Notes under the pieces: model-generated | The model's input: only the letters and a program-made list of their open reading frames with translations | Told to the model about the DNA's origin: nothing | Databases searched by the model: none | Shown here: one piece after another, positions 16,796 to 26,638 of the stretch | Position numbering within the stretch: the first letter of the stretch is position 1 | Layout of the letters: each line of letters begins with the position of its first letter | From: Sedimentisphaera cyanobacteriorum | GTDB taxonomy: Bacteria; Planctomycetota; Phycisphaerae; Sedimentisphaerales; Sedimentisphaeraceae | DNA: 32,000 nt | Direction: 5' to 3' | Assembly (NCBI RefSeq): GCF_001997385.1 | Contig: NZ_CP019633.1 | Span: 360,001-392,000, forward strand | Made by a program: the position numbers and the translations under genes

Positions 16796-18820
16796 TTAAT
16801 GCACCCGCTGTCCGGGCTTTGCGCCGCTGTCCGGGCTGAGCAGGAATACTTCTTTCCCGCCCGGCCCCGAGGCCGCTACCATGCCCTCAGAGACGCCGAA
16901 ACGCATCTTGCGAGGTGCGAGATTCGCAACGCATACCACCAGCCTGCCTTCGAGTTCTTCGGGCTTGTAGGCCTTGGAAATGCCCGCGAATACGTTTTTA
17001 GTTATTCCGCCTATATCCAGCTCGAGATGGAGCAGTTTATCCGCACCTTCCACGTGCTCTGCCTTTTTAATCTCAGCAACGCGAAGGTCAACCTTCATAA
17101 AATCATCAAAACTGCACTCCGGAGCGAGCGGCTCATCGAGCTGATTCTCCTGCTGCTGGGTCTGCTGGGCATCTTGGCTGTTTTTCTGCTCTGATTTAGA
17201 TTCTTCAATCATAGCTTCTATATTCTCCTTTTCGATTCTGTTCATCAGTCTTTTGAATTTATTCACCTCGTGCCCCTCCGGAAGTATGCCCAAATCTTCA
17301 AGTCCCTGCTCCTCGCAGCCGAGAATCTTTTCAAGCTTTTCAGAGAGCTTCGGAACAACCGGCTTAATGTAAATATTCAGGGCATTAACCGCATTAACAA
17401 CGGCAGTGAGGGTTTTGAGCGTCTTTTCCTTATCTTCCTTTACGGTAATCCATGGCTGCTGCCTGTCGAAATATCTGTTTACGTTTCCGGCCAGATTCAC
17501 TATCTGCCTTACCGCCTGAGAAAATTTAAGCGTTTCATAGCTCTGAGCGATTGAATCTTTCGCCTGAAGTATCTCATTTACCATCTCCCTGCCTTCTTCG
17601 TCCATTTCGCCGAGCCTGCCGCCGAGCTTCTTTTTGAGCATCGGTACAGACCTGCTTGCAAGGTTAACCAGATTCCCGATAAGATCGGCATTCACGCGGG
17701 ACTGGAAATCCTCGAGGCTCAGGTCTATATCCTCCACCCCGTCGCTGAGCTTGCAGGCATAGTAGTACCTCAAATACTCAGGGTTCAGGTGCTTCTGGAA
17801 TGTTTGGGCTTTTATGAACGTGCCTTTGCTCTTGCTCATCTTCTCCCCGTCAACGGTGAGAAAACCGTGTACGAAGAGCTTATCTGCAATCTTGTTTTCG
17901 CTGCCCATCAGCATTGCAGGCCAGAACAGGGCATGGAAATACATTATGTCCTTGCCGATAAAGTGATAGAGCTCCCAGTCCGGGCTGTTCCACACCTGAT
18001 TGAAATCAAAGCCGTTCTTCTCGCACCAGTTCTTGCAGGAGGCCATATACCCGATCGGGGCATCGAGCCAAACATAGAAGAATTTGTTTTCCTCGCCCGG
18101 AATTTTAAAGCCGAAGTAAGGCCCGTCTCTGGATATGTCCCAGTCCCGCAGGCCGGCCTCGAACCATTCATCAAGCTTTTTCAATACCGATGGATGCGCA
18201 TGGCCAGAGGCGAGAACCTCCTTGAGCTGCTTTTCATAATCGCCGAGGCGGAAGAAGTAGTGCTTGGAGGTTTTGGTAGTCGGCTCGCCCCCGCAGATTG
18301 CGCAGCGCGGGTTTGTCAGCTCGGTAGGGGAGTATGTACTCCCGCATTTATCGCAGGAATCGCCGTACTGCTCTTCTGCTCCGCATTTCGGGCATTTGCC
18401 CACAATGAATCTGTCCGGCAGAAACATCGAGCAGCTCTGGCAGTATGCCTGCTCCACTTCCCTGGTTTCAATAGAGCCTTTCTCTTTGAGCTTGAGGAAG
18501 ATATCTTCGCTGAGCTGCCTGTTTTCCTTGGAGTGGGTGGTGTAGTAGTTCTCGAATTCCACGCCGAATGAGCTGAAATCATCTTGGTGTTCGCCGTGTA
18601 CTTTTTCGATGAGCTGTTCGGGCTTTATGCCCTGCTTGCGTGCGCTGAGCATAATGGGCGTTCCGTGCGTGTCGTCTGCGCAGAAGTACAGGCAGCGATT
18701 CCCGCTGAGCTTCTGGAAACGCACCCATATATCCGTCTGGATGTATTCTACAAGGTGTCCGATGTGGATAGGCCCGTTTGCGTAGGGCAGGGCGGATGTA
18801 ACTACAATGTTTCGGGGCAT
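16796..18820 (-). CDS. metG: Methionyl-tRNA synthetase with C-terminal tRNA-binding (EMAP-like) domain
   Basis: 674 aa. HIGH-type motif PIHIGHLVEY, KMSKS motif (KMSKSKG), Zn knuckles CPKCGAEEQYGDSCDKCG / CAICGG. C-terminal FMKVDLRVAEI...VANLAPRKMRFGVSEGM. Confidence 0.97.
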   Translation of the reverse strand: MPRNIVVTSALPYANGPIHIGHLVEYIQTDIWVRFQKLSGNRCLYFCADDTHGTPIMLSARKQGIKPEQLIEKVHGEHQDDFSSFGVEFENYYTTHSKENRQLSEDIFLKLKEKGSIETREVEQAYCQSCSMFLPDRFIVGKCPKCGAEEQYGDSCDKCGSTYSPTELTNPRCAICGGEPTTKTSKHYFFRLGDYEKQLKEVLASGHAHPSVLKKLDEWFEAGLRDWDISRDGPYFGFKIPGEENKFFYVWLDAPIGYMASCKNWCEKNGFDFNQVWNSPDWELYHFIGKDIMYFHALFWPAMLMGSENKIADKLFVHGFLTVDGEKMSKSKGTFIKAQTFQKHLNPEYLRYYYACKLSDGVEDIDLSLEDFQSRVNADLIGNLVNLASRSVPMLKKKLGGRLGEMDEEGREMVNEILQAKDSIAQSYETLKFSQAVRQIVNLAGNVNRYFDRQQPWITVKEDKEKTLKTLTAVVNAVNALNIYIKPVVPKLSEKLEKILGCEEQGLEDLGILPEGHEVNKFKRLMNRIEKENIEAMIEESKSEQKNSQDAQQTQQQENQLDEPLAPECSFDDFMKVDLRVAEIKKAEHVEGADKLLHLELDIGGITKNVFAGISKAYKPEELEGRLVVCVANLAPRKMRFGVSEGMVAASGPGGKEVFLLSPDSGAKPGQRVH

Positions 18821-18871
18821 ATATAACCTCTGATTTCGCTGAAATTCATTTAATTTTGCTTTGTGATTCTA

Positions 18872-20086
18872 TCATTCGTTCTCGGCAGTCTCAGAAGGTG
18901 TTTCATCCTCCCCTTCAGACTGGGCGTTCTTCTCGCCGTTTTTACGCCAGTTCTTTGCCTTCCTGCTTTTGCCTTTTCCGCCTTTTCTGCCTTTTCGGTT
19001 TTGGGATTTATTCCCGTTTTGCTTTTCTGAATCGCCTCGGTTTTTTTCTTCCTGCTCTCCTTCGCCGCCGGTCTTTTCCGAGCAGTTCTGCTCACGTTCG
19101 TTTTTCCCTTCGGCTTTTGTATCGCTTCGGCGGGGACTTTGCTCAGACTGCTGCTGTTTTTCTCTTGCAGCCTCCCTTGCAATACGAACCTCTTCGGGCA
19201 TCTTCTCAAGCACCTCCACCTCATCAGCGGGCAGAGCTTCCATCTTCCCGTCTTCATACTGAATCTGCAAAATCTGAGTAAGGATTTGATAATCTATCAC
19301 TCTCCCGTATCCTGCTGGAGTTTTCACCCAGCTCTGCCTGTTGGGCAGTTCTTTCTTGAGCTGCTGATAGGTCTTGTCTTCGTATCTCAGGCAGCACCTC
19401 AGCCTTCCGCAGTGTCCGCTGATTTTGGATGGGTCGAGAGTTGCTTTCTGGGTTTTTGCCATTCGCATATTCACCGGCTTGAGGATCTTGAGGTATCTCC
19501 TGCAGCAGCATTCCTGTCCGCAGGTTTCGATATCGCTGATAAGCCTTGCCTCGTCTCTGGCTCCGATCTGGCGCATTTCGATTCTTGTCTGGAATTTCTG
19601 AGCAAGCTGCTTTACCAGCTCCCTGAAATCCACACGTCCGTCTGCGAGGAAGTAGAAAACGATTCTCTCGCCTCCGAAGATATGCTCGAAATCCACGATT
19701 TTCATTTTTAACCCGAGCTTATCAACGTATTCACGGCAGATCTTGAGCTCCTCGCCGGCCGAGTCGCGCACGTGCTGGGCTTCGTTTATATCCTGAGCTG
19801 TTGCGATTCGCACAAACTCCCCTCCCTCGGCCAGCGGGTAGTCCTGATGGTCGAGTTCGAAGTATTCCTGCAGGGTGTTGAAGTTGCCCTTGAAATTCCC
19901 GTGCACGTATGAGCTGTTCGCTCCAACAAGCTCGCCTAACTCGAGCCCGCGTTCGGTCTTTATGATAACTTTCGTTTTTGTCTTCGGCAAGCTCTGCTCG
20001 CTGTGGCTGAACCATCCGAGAAATCCGAGTTTGCCGTATCGGACAAGCATCCTTTTGGTATGTTTATTGTGTGATCTATCTGTCAT
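18872..20086 (-). CDS. PSP1-domain protein (YaaT/RicT-like) with a ~100-aa charged C-terminal tail
   Basis: 404 aa. PSP1 C-terminal domain features (CGQECCCRRYL...SGHCGRLRCCLRYE). Located directly downstream of holB, as in Bacillus holB-yaaT. Confidence 0.85.
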   Translation of the reverse strand: MTDRSHNKHTKRMLVRYGKLGFLGWFSHSEQSLPKTKTKVIIKTERGLELGELVGANSSYVHGNFKGNFNTLQEYFELDHQDYPLAEGGEFVRIATAQDINEAQHVRDSAGEELKICREYVDKLGLKMKIVDFEHIFGGERIVFYFLADGRVDFRELVKQLAQKFQTRIEMRQIGARDEARLISDIETCGQECCCRRYLKILKPVNMRMAKTQKATLDPSKISGHCGRLRCCLRYEDKTYQQLKKELPNRQSWVKTPAGYGRVIDYQILTQILQIQYEDGKMEALPADEVEVLEKMPEEVRIAREAAREKQQQSEQSPRRSDTKAEGKNEREQNCSEKTGGEGEQEEKNRGDSEKQNGNKSQNRKGRKGGKGKSRKAKNWRKNGEKNAQSEGEDETPSETAENE

Positions 20087-20163
20087 AATTATGCTTCTGA
20101 GCCTTGCTGTCTAATTGTAATACTGCCGCTATCCCGAATGATAGTTGGGCGTGAACAATAATT

Positions 20164-21327
20164 TCATTCTTTTGTTCGGGCGAAGTTTATCAGAATATCC
20201 TCAAAAATCAATTTTTCATTGACATAGGAATATATCATCGAGATGCTCGAGTTGATATCTTCAACGAGCCTTGAGGCCTGATAGGGGTCGAATTTTTCGC
20301 TCAGAGATGTAATCACTTCAGGCTGGTCGTGATTTATCAGATCCCTGCTGCCCGCTGCCAGCTTCATCGCATCTGCAGCTGCGGACATAATCATATTGAG
20401 AGTTATAGTCTGTGCCTGCCGTTTTAGGCCTGCCTTCCCTTCTGCGCCGCTGGTTTTCCCAAGAGCGCCGGCTATTTCTCCCGAACGCCCCCCAAGCCAT
20501 TCAGCCAGCTCCACAGCGTCTGCAAGGGTAAAGGATTCGAGCTTCTCGAGCAATTCTTTCTTGATTGAATAGCATTCTGCCTCGAGGCTGCTCAGTTCAA
20601 TACTCCTTCCGAGACTTCCGGAGGTGAATCCAGACCAGAAAACTGCTTCCTGCCTGTCTATTCCCCTGCCTTCAAGCTCGCCGGCGATTATCTCTCTATC
20701 CACGGGGGCGAAGTTGTACACTTGGCAGCGGGAGAGTATCGTTTCAAGCAGGCGGTCTGTTCTGGTGCAGATAAGGATTATGATGCAGTGGGGCGGGGGC
20801 TCTTCAAGTGTTTTCAGGATGGCGTTCTGGGCGCTTTGGTTGAGTTTTTCAGACTCGCTCAGCACAAACACCGTTTTATGCGCCAGCTGAGGTTTTTTGC
20901 CTGCCTTGTCAACGAAGAATTCACGTACTACGCTGATTAGAAACTCGCTCGGGGATTTTTTCCTTATTTCCGGAATCTCAGAATATTTGTTCAGCTCCTT
21001 GTATATGTGTTTGAAGTCCGGATGGCTGCCCGATTCGAAAAGCCTGCAGCTTCTGCACTTCCCGCAGCTGTCCTGAAAAGGCCTGCCGTTCTGCTCTGAT
21101 TTCTCGGGGCTCTCGCAAAGAAGCAGTTTTGCGATCTCGCCTGCGCATTTGAACCGCCCAACCCCGTCTTGGCCGGCGAAGATAAAAGACTGCCCGACCC
21201 TGCCGGCATTGAGACTGTCTTCAAAGGCGGTGATTATATGATTCTGGCTGTGTATATCTCTTAAACTCAAGCTTTTAAGCCCTGTTAATTCTTTTTTTAG
21301 AACCGCAATTGTATTCAATTGCCTCAT
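20164..21327 (-). CDS. holB: DNA polymerase III delta-prime subunit
   Basis: 387 aa. Degenerate P-loop FAGQDGVGRFK, Zn module CGKCRSCRLFESGSHPDF, LKTLEEPP, SRC motif (ILSRCQVYNF). Confidence 0.85.
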   Translation of the reverse strand: MRQLNTIAVLKKELTGLKSLSLRDIHSQNHIITAFEDSLNAGRVGQSFIFAGQDGVGRFKCAGEIAKLLLCESPEKSEQNGRPFQDSCGKCRSCRLFESGSHPDFKHIYKELNKYSEIPEIRKKSPSEFLISVVREFFVDKAGKKPQLAHKTVFVLSESEKLNQSAQNAILKTLEEPPPHCIIILICTRTDRLLETILSRCQVYNFAPVDREIIAGELEGRGIDRQEAVFWSGFTSGSLGRSIELSSLEAECYSIKKELLEKLESFTLADAVELAEWLGGRSGEIAGALGKTSGAEGKAGLKRQAQTITLNMIMSAAADAMKLAAGSRDLINHDQPEVITSLSEKFDPYQASRLVEDINSSISMIYSYVNEKLIFEDILINFARTKE

Positions 21328-21596
21328 TTTGAAAATAAAAACATTTCAAAAACTATGCACTGATGCCCTGCTTTGATTCGAATAAGCCTTCGCTAAATAA
21401 GTTGACTGTCAAACCCTTCAGTATATAAGTGATAATTAGCGGTAAACAGAAGATTATTACCCCTTATTGCGTTTCAGTGTTATTGAAGGCCGAAAAATCC
21501 TGTCGCTCTCAGGGTCTTAAATGTCTGCCGTGTACGACAATATTTTCCGGCAAAACGCAAATCTTAATGCTGCAATGCTTTGCAGAATTTATTCTC

Positions 21597-22076
21597 TATT
21601 TACAGAGCCAGCGGTTCGCTGCTTAATAATGCAGCGTCGTACAGCGGTGTTCGCCGTGGCGAACCCGCTAGGATAGCGAAACGTGAAGAGCCGGCGGTAA
21701 GCGAAAAATCTTTTCTAAAAGAATGCCTAGCGGGTCCGCCACGGCGAACTCCGCTGTAATATGAAGAGTCTATTCGTTGTGTCGGCTTAGCGGGCGGCTT
21801 GTGCCGCACCGCTGTAATATGAAAAACTTTCCCCTTATCATTGCCTTGAACTTTAAAAATATCCCCCTTAGTGCTTCTTAGCGCCGCTCAGTGGCTGAAA
21901 TATCTCAGTGCTGCTCGTGGTTTAAGCCAATCACCCGCCCAAAAATCTTTCTCCGCCTTTTCCTTATCAAATATCTATCCTGTCAATCCTGTTAATCCTG
22001 TCTAAAAAATCCCCTCCGCTTCCTCTCCGCCTGCGGCGGACAGGCTCAATGTAAAAACTTCGTGGTTCAAACCAAT
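21597..22076. repeat. Mosaic intergenic repeat locus R3 (modules M1, M1-variant arm, M5, M4, M6-inverted, M3 fragment)
   Basis: Hairpin core arms 21642-21672 and 21726-21756. M5 (21860-21920) precedes M4 (21933-22008), the reverse of their order in R2. ccgcctgcggcggacaggctc is the reverse complement of the gagcctgtccgccgcaggcgg block in R4. Confidence 0.9.
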
Positions 22077-22086
22077 TACAAAAATC

Positions 22087-22114
22087 TTGTAATCAATAAT
22101 AGTGCAAATATAAT
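22087..22114 (+). promoter_or_regulatory. Sigma-70-like promoter candidate for glyQS-lysS
   Basis: TTGTAA (22087-22092), 16-nt spacer, TATAAT (22109-22114), ~75 nt upstream of the glyQS ATG. The promoter consensus for this lineage is assumed, not known. Confidence 0.4.
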
Positions 22115-22189
22115 GCTCGTTTTCGGCTTGCCCCTTTGCGGGCTGTATCTTGTTAAAGCCGCCAATCTAATGAGAATTAAAGGTTTATA

Positions 22190-23653
22190 ATGGCAAAACT
22201 TAACAAACTTGAAGACATTGTATCTCTGTGCAAAAGACGCGGATTCATATTCCAGTCCAGCGAAATCTACGGCGGACTGGCCAGCTGCTATGATTACGGC
22301 CCTCTGGGCAGCGAGCTCAAGCGTAACGTCCGCAATGCGTGGTGGAAAAGCACAGTCCAGATGCGTGATGATGTTGTCGGCTTAGACAGCAGCATACTGA
22401 TGCATCCGATGGTGTGGAAATCATCCGGCCATGCAGACAAGTTCGCCGATCTGATTACAGAATGCAGGAAATGCCATACCAGAACCCGAATAGACCACCT
22501 TCTCAACCAAGAGGGGAAAAAGGCCGAGGATATCGGGCAGGACCCCAGAATCATCTCAGACAAGGTATGCCCAAACTGCGGTGCAGTTGGCGAGTTTACC
22601 GAGCCGATGGCCTTCAAGCTTATGTTCGAAACTCAGATGGGTGCAAACGCCGATGACAATATGGCCGTATATCTTCGTCCTGAGACAGCTCAGGGGATCT
22701 TTGCGAATTTCCGCAACGTGTTAGACAGCACGAGGGTGAAAGTCCCGTTCGGGATCGCGCAGATCGGCAAGAGCTTCAGGAACGAGGTTACAACGAAGGC
22801 CTTTATCTTCAGGACTCGCGAGTTTGAGCAGGCCGAGCTGGAATTCTTCTGCGAGCCGGGTACAGACGAGCAGTGGTACGAATTCTGGAAAGAGAAACGT
22901 TTCAACTGGTATGTAGAATACGGTATTAACAAAGACAATCTGCGAATGCGCGACCACGATTCAGACGAGCTCGCCCATTACGCAAAGGCCTGTATCGACG
23001 TTGAATACCGCTTCCCCTTCGGCAGCGGCGACTGGCAGGAGCTCGAAGGCGTTGCAAACCGCACCGACTACGACCTCCGCAGGCACCAGCAGGGTATGCG
23101 TAGTATGAATAATTTCATCGAGTCCGGCAGAGACCTTGCCAAGGTGGAGCTGAAGGACGAGCAGCCGGACTACCACAAAGGCCCGCTCTCATTCTTCGAT
23201 GAGCAGAAAAAGCAAAGATACATCCCCTATGTAATCGAGCCCAGCGCAGGGGTGGACAGAAGCACCCTTGCCTTCCTCGTGGATGCATACGACGAAGAAG
23301 AGGTGAAAGGCGAAACACGCAATCTCCTTCGTTTTCATCCGGACATTGCCCCGATAAAGGCAGCGGTATTTCCGCTGGTGAAGAAGGAGGGAATGCCCGA
23401 GATTGCCCACAATATCGTTGACAGCCTCCGAGCACACTGGAACGTTTTCTACGACCAGAAGGGGGCAATCGGCAGGCGATACCGCCGGCAGGACGAAGCC
23501 GGCACCCCATTCTGCATTACCGTTGACGGGCAGGTGAAAGAAGACGGCACTGTAACCGTTAGAGACCGCGATACAATGGCGCAGGAAAGGGTGCATCAGG
23601 ACAAGCTCTCAGCATACCTCTTTGAGAAAATGAGCTGCTGGGGAAAACAATAG
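22190..23653 (+). CDS. glyQS: Glycyl-tRNA synthetase (alpha2 homodimeric type)
   Basis: 487 aa. N-terminus LCKRRGFIFQSSEIYGG...YDYGPLG, class II motifs FRNE and RTREFEQAELEFF, C-terminal anticodon-binding domain (IAPIKAAVFPL). Confidence 0.96.
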   Translation: MAKLNKLEDIVSLCKRRGFIFQSSEIYGGLASCYDYGPLGSELKRNVRNAWWKSTVQMRDDVVGLDSSILMHPMVWKSSGHADKFADLITECRKCHTRTRIDHLLNQEGKKAEDIGQDPRIISDKVCPNCGAVGEFTEPMAFKLMFETQMGANADDNMAVYLRPETAQGIFANFRNVLDSTRVKVPFGIAQIGKSFRNEVTTKAFIFRTREFEQAELEFFCEPGTDEQWYEFWKEKRFNWYVEYGINKDNLRMRDHDSDELAHYAKACIDVEYRFPFGSGDWQELEGVANRTDYDLRRHQQGMRSMNNFIESGRDLAKVELKDEQPDYHKGPLSFFDEQKKQRYIPYVIEPSAGVDRSTLAFLVDAYDEEEVKGETRNLLRFHPDIAPIKAAVFPLVKKEGMPEIAHNIVDSLRAHWNVFYDQKGAIGRRYRRQDEAGTPFCITVDGQVKEDGTVTVRDRDTMAQERVHQDKLSAYLFEKMSCWGKQ

Positions 23654-23699
23654 CAGCTCCCGTTTCGAATTATTTTTTAATATTCAAGGAATTAAGATA

Positions 23700-25154
23700 A
23701 TGAGTGAATCTGTTGATCAGCTTACTGAGCAGAGAAAGGCCAAACTCGCCAAGCTTCGTGAACTCGGGATAGACCCGTACGGAAGCAGGGTTGAGGGGGT
23801 TGAGCCTTCAGCAGGCATAAGAGAAAGATACATCGAAGACAGCGAAGACCAGAAGGCAAAGGCCGCCGGCCGAATTGTTCTTCTGCGTGATATCGGAAAG
23901 CTTATATTTATAACTCTGCGCGACTCCTCGGGCACGATTCAAATCGGCCTGAGCAAAAAGCGTGTACAGGAAGAGCAGTGGCCTGTTGCAAAATCTCTTG
24001 ACTTAGGTGATATCCTATTCGCAGACGGGCAGCTGGGCAGAACAAAAACAGGCGAGCTTACAATCTGGGCGGAAGAAATAAAAATCCTGTCGAAGGCGCT
24101 TATCCAGCCGCCGGAAAAATTCCACGGCCTGCAGGATAGAGACCTCCGCTACCGCCAGCGGTATGTTGACCTCTGGGCAAACCCCGATGTGATGCAGAAA
24201 TTCAAGAAGCGAAGCGATATTATCGCCTCAATCCGCAGTATGCTTATAGAGAAGGGTTTTTACGAAGTGGAAACGCCGATGATGCAGTCTGTTGCAGGCG
24301 GGGCGGCAGCGAAGCCCTTTATCACCCACCACAACACCCTTGATATAGATATGTATCTAAGGATAGCACCCGAGCTATACCTAAAGCGGCTTCTGGTTGG
24401 CGGATTTGAAAAGGTTTTCGAGATCAACAGAAGCTATCGCAACGAAGGCCTAAGCACACGCCACAACCCTGAATTTACGATGATGGAGCTCTATCAGGCC
24501 TACAGCGATTATCTCGGTATGATGGATATCACTGAAGAGCTGGTTTCAAATATTATTGAAAAACACTGCGAATGCAGGAAGCTCACCTACGCAGATATGG
24601 AGATTGATTTTACCACCCCCTGGAGAAGAGCCAGATACGCCGACCTGCTCAAGGAACACTCAGGCTGCGATATCGAAGACATCTCCGCCGTTCGCAGAAA
24701 GGCGGGCGAGCTTGGAATAAACGAGGCGGGGATGGATGATGCTGTTGTGATAAACGAGCTCTTCGAGCAGACAGTTGAGCAGCATCTGGTGAATCCTACG
24801 TTTGTGATGGACTATCCCGCTGCTATCTGTCCGCTTACGAAACAAAAATCTGATAACCCGAATATCGCCGAGAGATTCGAGCTTTTCTGCGCTAAGATGG
24901 AAGTGGGCAACGCCTACACAGAGCTCAACGACCCTGAAGTGCAGAGGAAAAACTTTATGACCCAGCTTAAGGGCGAAGAGGATTCAATGGCCAAGATGGA
25001 CGAGGATTTCATTACTGCCCTGGAGTATGGTATGCCCCCGGCCGGGGGGCTGGGAATTGGTATAGACAGGCTGATTATGCTTATTACCGATTCTCCCAGC
25101 ATAAGGGACGTAATTCTCTTCCCTACGCTGAAACCTCAGTCGCAAAACACGTAA
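23700..25154 (+). CDS. lysS: Lysyl-tRNA synthetase, class II
   Basis: 484 aa. N-terminal OB fold (AAGRIVLLRDIGKLIFITLRDSSGTIQ), class IIb motifs YRNEG, HNPEFTMMELY, FELFCAKMEVGNAYTELNDP, GGLGIGIDRL. Confidence 0.97.
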   Translation: MSESVDQLTEQRKAKLAKLRELGIDPYGSRVEGVEPSAGIRERYIEDSEDQKAKAAGRIVLLRDIGKLIFITLRDSSGTIQIGLSKKRVQEEQWPVAKSLDLGDILFADGQLGRTKTGELTIWAEEIKILSKALIQPPEKFHGLQDRDLRYRQRYVDLWANPDVMQKFKKRSDIIASIRSMLIEKGFYEVETPMMQSVAGGAAAKPFITHHNTLDIDMYLRIAPELYLKRLLVGGFEKVFEINRSYRNEGLSTRHNPEFTMMELYQAYSDYLGMMDITEELVSNIIEKHCECRKLTYADMEIDFTTPWRRARYADLLKEHSGCDIEDISAVRRKAGELGINEAGMDDAVVINELFEQTVEQHLVNPTFVMDYPAAICPLTKQKSDNPNIAERFELFCAKMEVGNAYTELNDPEVQRKNFMTQLKGEEDSMAKMDEDFITALEYGMPPAGGLGIGIDRLIMLITDSPSIRDVILFPTLKPQSQNT

Positions 25155-25191
25155 AATTATAATTTGAGGCGGGATAAGTGAGATTTTTTTC

Positions 25192-25219
25192 TTGAAAGCT
25201 GTTCATACTTTTCTAAAAT
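25192..25219 (+). promoter_or_regulatory. Sigma-70-like promoter candidate for rpmB
   Basis: TTGAAA (25192-25197), 16-nt spacer, TAAAAT (25214-25219), ~55 nt upstream of the rpmB ATG. Confidence 0.35.
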
Positions 25220-25275
25220 AACCCGTCTTCAGAAAAATCGGAAACTGTGAACTCTTTATTCCATGGAGAACAGAT

Positions 25276-25536
25276 ATGTCAAGAAAATGCCAGTTAACAG
25301 GAAGAAAAACCTCTGTCGGACGCAGTATTGTCCGTCATGGTAAACCAAAACGTCTCGGCGGTGTCGGACTGAACATACGCGGAGTTAACAAAAGAAGATT
25401 CAAGCCAAATACCCAGAAAATGCGGGTTATGGTGGACGGGCAGGTTAAAAAGATAACTGTCTCTGCCAAGGCTGTAAAAAGCGGGTTAGTGGTAAAACCG
25501 CCTAAAAGAAGGTATAATAAGGCGGCACAGGGCTGA
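25276..25536 (+). CDS. rpmB: 50S ribosomal protein L28
   Basis: 86 aa. MSRKCQLTGRK...KRRFKPNTQK...VSAKAVKSG is the L28 pattern, with a GKPKRLGGVGLNI insertion before the KRRF-PN block. Confidence 0.9.
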   Translation: MSRKCQLTGRKTSVGRSIVRHGKPKRLGGVGLNIRGVNKRRFKPNTQKMRVMVDGQVKKITVSAKAVKSGLVVKPPKRRYNKAAQG

Positions 25537-25765
25537 ATATCGGCCTAATTGAAGTTCAGAGCGGGGCTTTTTTAAGTGAGTCTCGCTTTTTTACTTTTTG
25601 ATTATCCAACAAAAGCATTTAAAAGTTTATAAAACTTCTCTATCTCTAACAAAATGCTTGACCTTTTACAATTTCAAAACTAAAATCTGACTGGTTCTAA
25701 TTCGTCGGGTATGCCGGCGGTTATAGTTGCTAATAAAAAAAACAATCGATATCAGGAGCAAGGCT

Positions 25766-26617
25766 TTGAGTACTTTAACAAAAACTTTAGCAGTACTTTT
25801 GTCAGTTTCAGCGATATTTCTTTGCGGGGCTGTGTTCATTTATGTTTCTAAGACTAATGACGTGAAGGCTGATTACGATCAGCTCAAAAGCGATTATAAA
25901 GTCCTTCAGGACAGCAAGAATGTGGCTGTCTCAAGTCTTAACGAGCAGAAAATGCAGATGCAGCAGCAGATTGAAAAGCTTAAAGACAGAGTCAGCGAGC
26001 TCAATCAGCAGAAAGAGCAGGCTATGCTCGATCTGAAAAACGCTCAGAATAAGGCTGTAAAATGGCAGGACAGAGTGAACAGTTTGTCAGGAATTGTGAA
26101 AGATTTTGAGCAGACTATCAGCGAAATGCACGCCTCTCTGGAATCTACCAGAAGTATGCTGCAGCAGGAGCAGGGCAAAACCCTTAAGCTTTCGAATATG
26201 CTAAACGAAAAGACAACCGCTCTGGATGAGCATATCGTGATGGTGCAGTCTCTCAAGGCTGAGAAGAGAAGGCTCAAAGAGCAGATGGCCGCTATGGAAA
26301 AGATGCTTGAAGAGAAAGAAAAATCTCCCGAGCAGGCTCAGGCGGTTACTGTAGTTGAAGACAAGGCCAAGGCCTTGGAGCCCCGTTCTTATGCACCTGT
26401 TACAGGCCTCGTTTCAGAAGTTGGCGAAAGGCTCGTTTCTGTGAGCGTAGGCAGTTCCGACGGCGTTAAGAAGGGTATGAAGCTCCATATTACAAGAGGC
26501 GAAAGCTTTGTTTGTGATATTGAAATTACAGATGTGGATGTCGAAAAGTCTGCCGGCGTGATTAAGCTTAAGAAATCAGCGCCGAAAGTGGGCGATACCG
26601 TTTCAACCGAACTGTAA
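25766..26617 (+). CDS. TM-anchored coiled-coil protein with a C-terminal small beta-barrel (MreC-like architecture)
   Basis: The ORF opens at TTG 25727. I prefer the in-frame TTG at 25766, preceded by aggag at 25754-25758. TM LAVLLSVSAIFLCGAVFIYV, ~170 aa of heptad-rich Q/K/E sequence, then VSVSVGSSDGVKKGMKLHITRGESFVCDIEITDVDVEKSAGVIKL. Confidence 0.7.
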   Translation: MSTLTKTLAVLLSVSAIFLCGAVFIYVSKTNDVKADYDQLKSDYKVLQDSKNVAVSSLNEQKMQMQQQIEKLKDRVSELNQQKEQAMLDLKNAQNKAVKWQDRVNSLSGIVKDFEQTISEMHASLESTRSMLQQEQGKTLKLSNMLNEKTTALDEHIVMVQSLKAEKRRLKEQMAAMEKMLEEKEKSPEQAQAVTVVEDKAKALEPRSYAPVTGLVSEVGERLVSVSVGSSDGVKKGMKLHITRGESFVCDIEITDVDVEKSAGVIKLKKSAPKVGDTVSTEL

Positions 26618-26638
26618 GGAAAGGCTGGAAGCAGTTAA

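Noticed and set aside
17789-18571. 260-aa plus-strand ORF, with similar long antisense ORFs at 2569-3087, 3827-4168, 4499-4864, 7268-7864, 12016-12345, 15908-16345, 16592-17194, 23189-23596 and 27201-27737
   Set aside because: Each lies entirely antisense to a gene with unmistakable family motifs (metG, KS genes, kinase, sulfatase, permease, glyQS, mreB). Their translations are low-complexity or Arg/Ala/Ser/Pro-rich shadow frames with no recognisable motifs.
18850-19281. 135-aa (minus) and 141-aa (plus) ORFs overlapping the 3' end of the PSP1 gene
   Set aside because: They are alternative frames of the low-complexity K/E/R/G-coding tail. Such purine-rich repeats stay open in several frames, and there are no independent start signals.
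22115-22189. Possible T-box or other riboswitch leaders upstream of glyQS, lysS or metG
   Set aside because: The leaders are short (about 75, 46 and 50 nt) and show no specifier-loop/T-box consensus or extended conserved structure that I can recognise.
25537-25610. Possible terminator after rpmB (gagcggggctttttt...ctcgctttttt)
   Set aside because: T-runs are present, but I could not find a convincing complementary stem upstream of either one.
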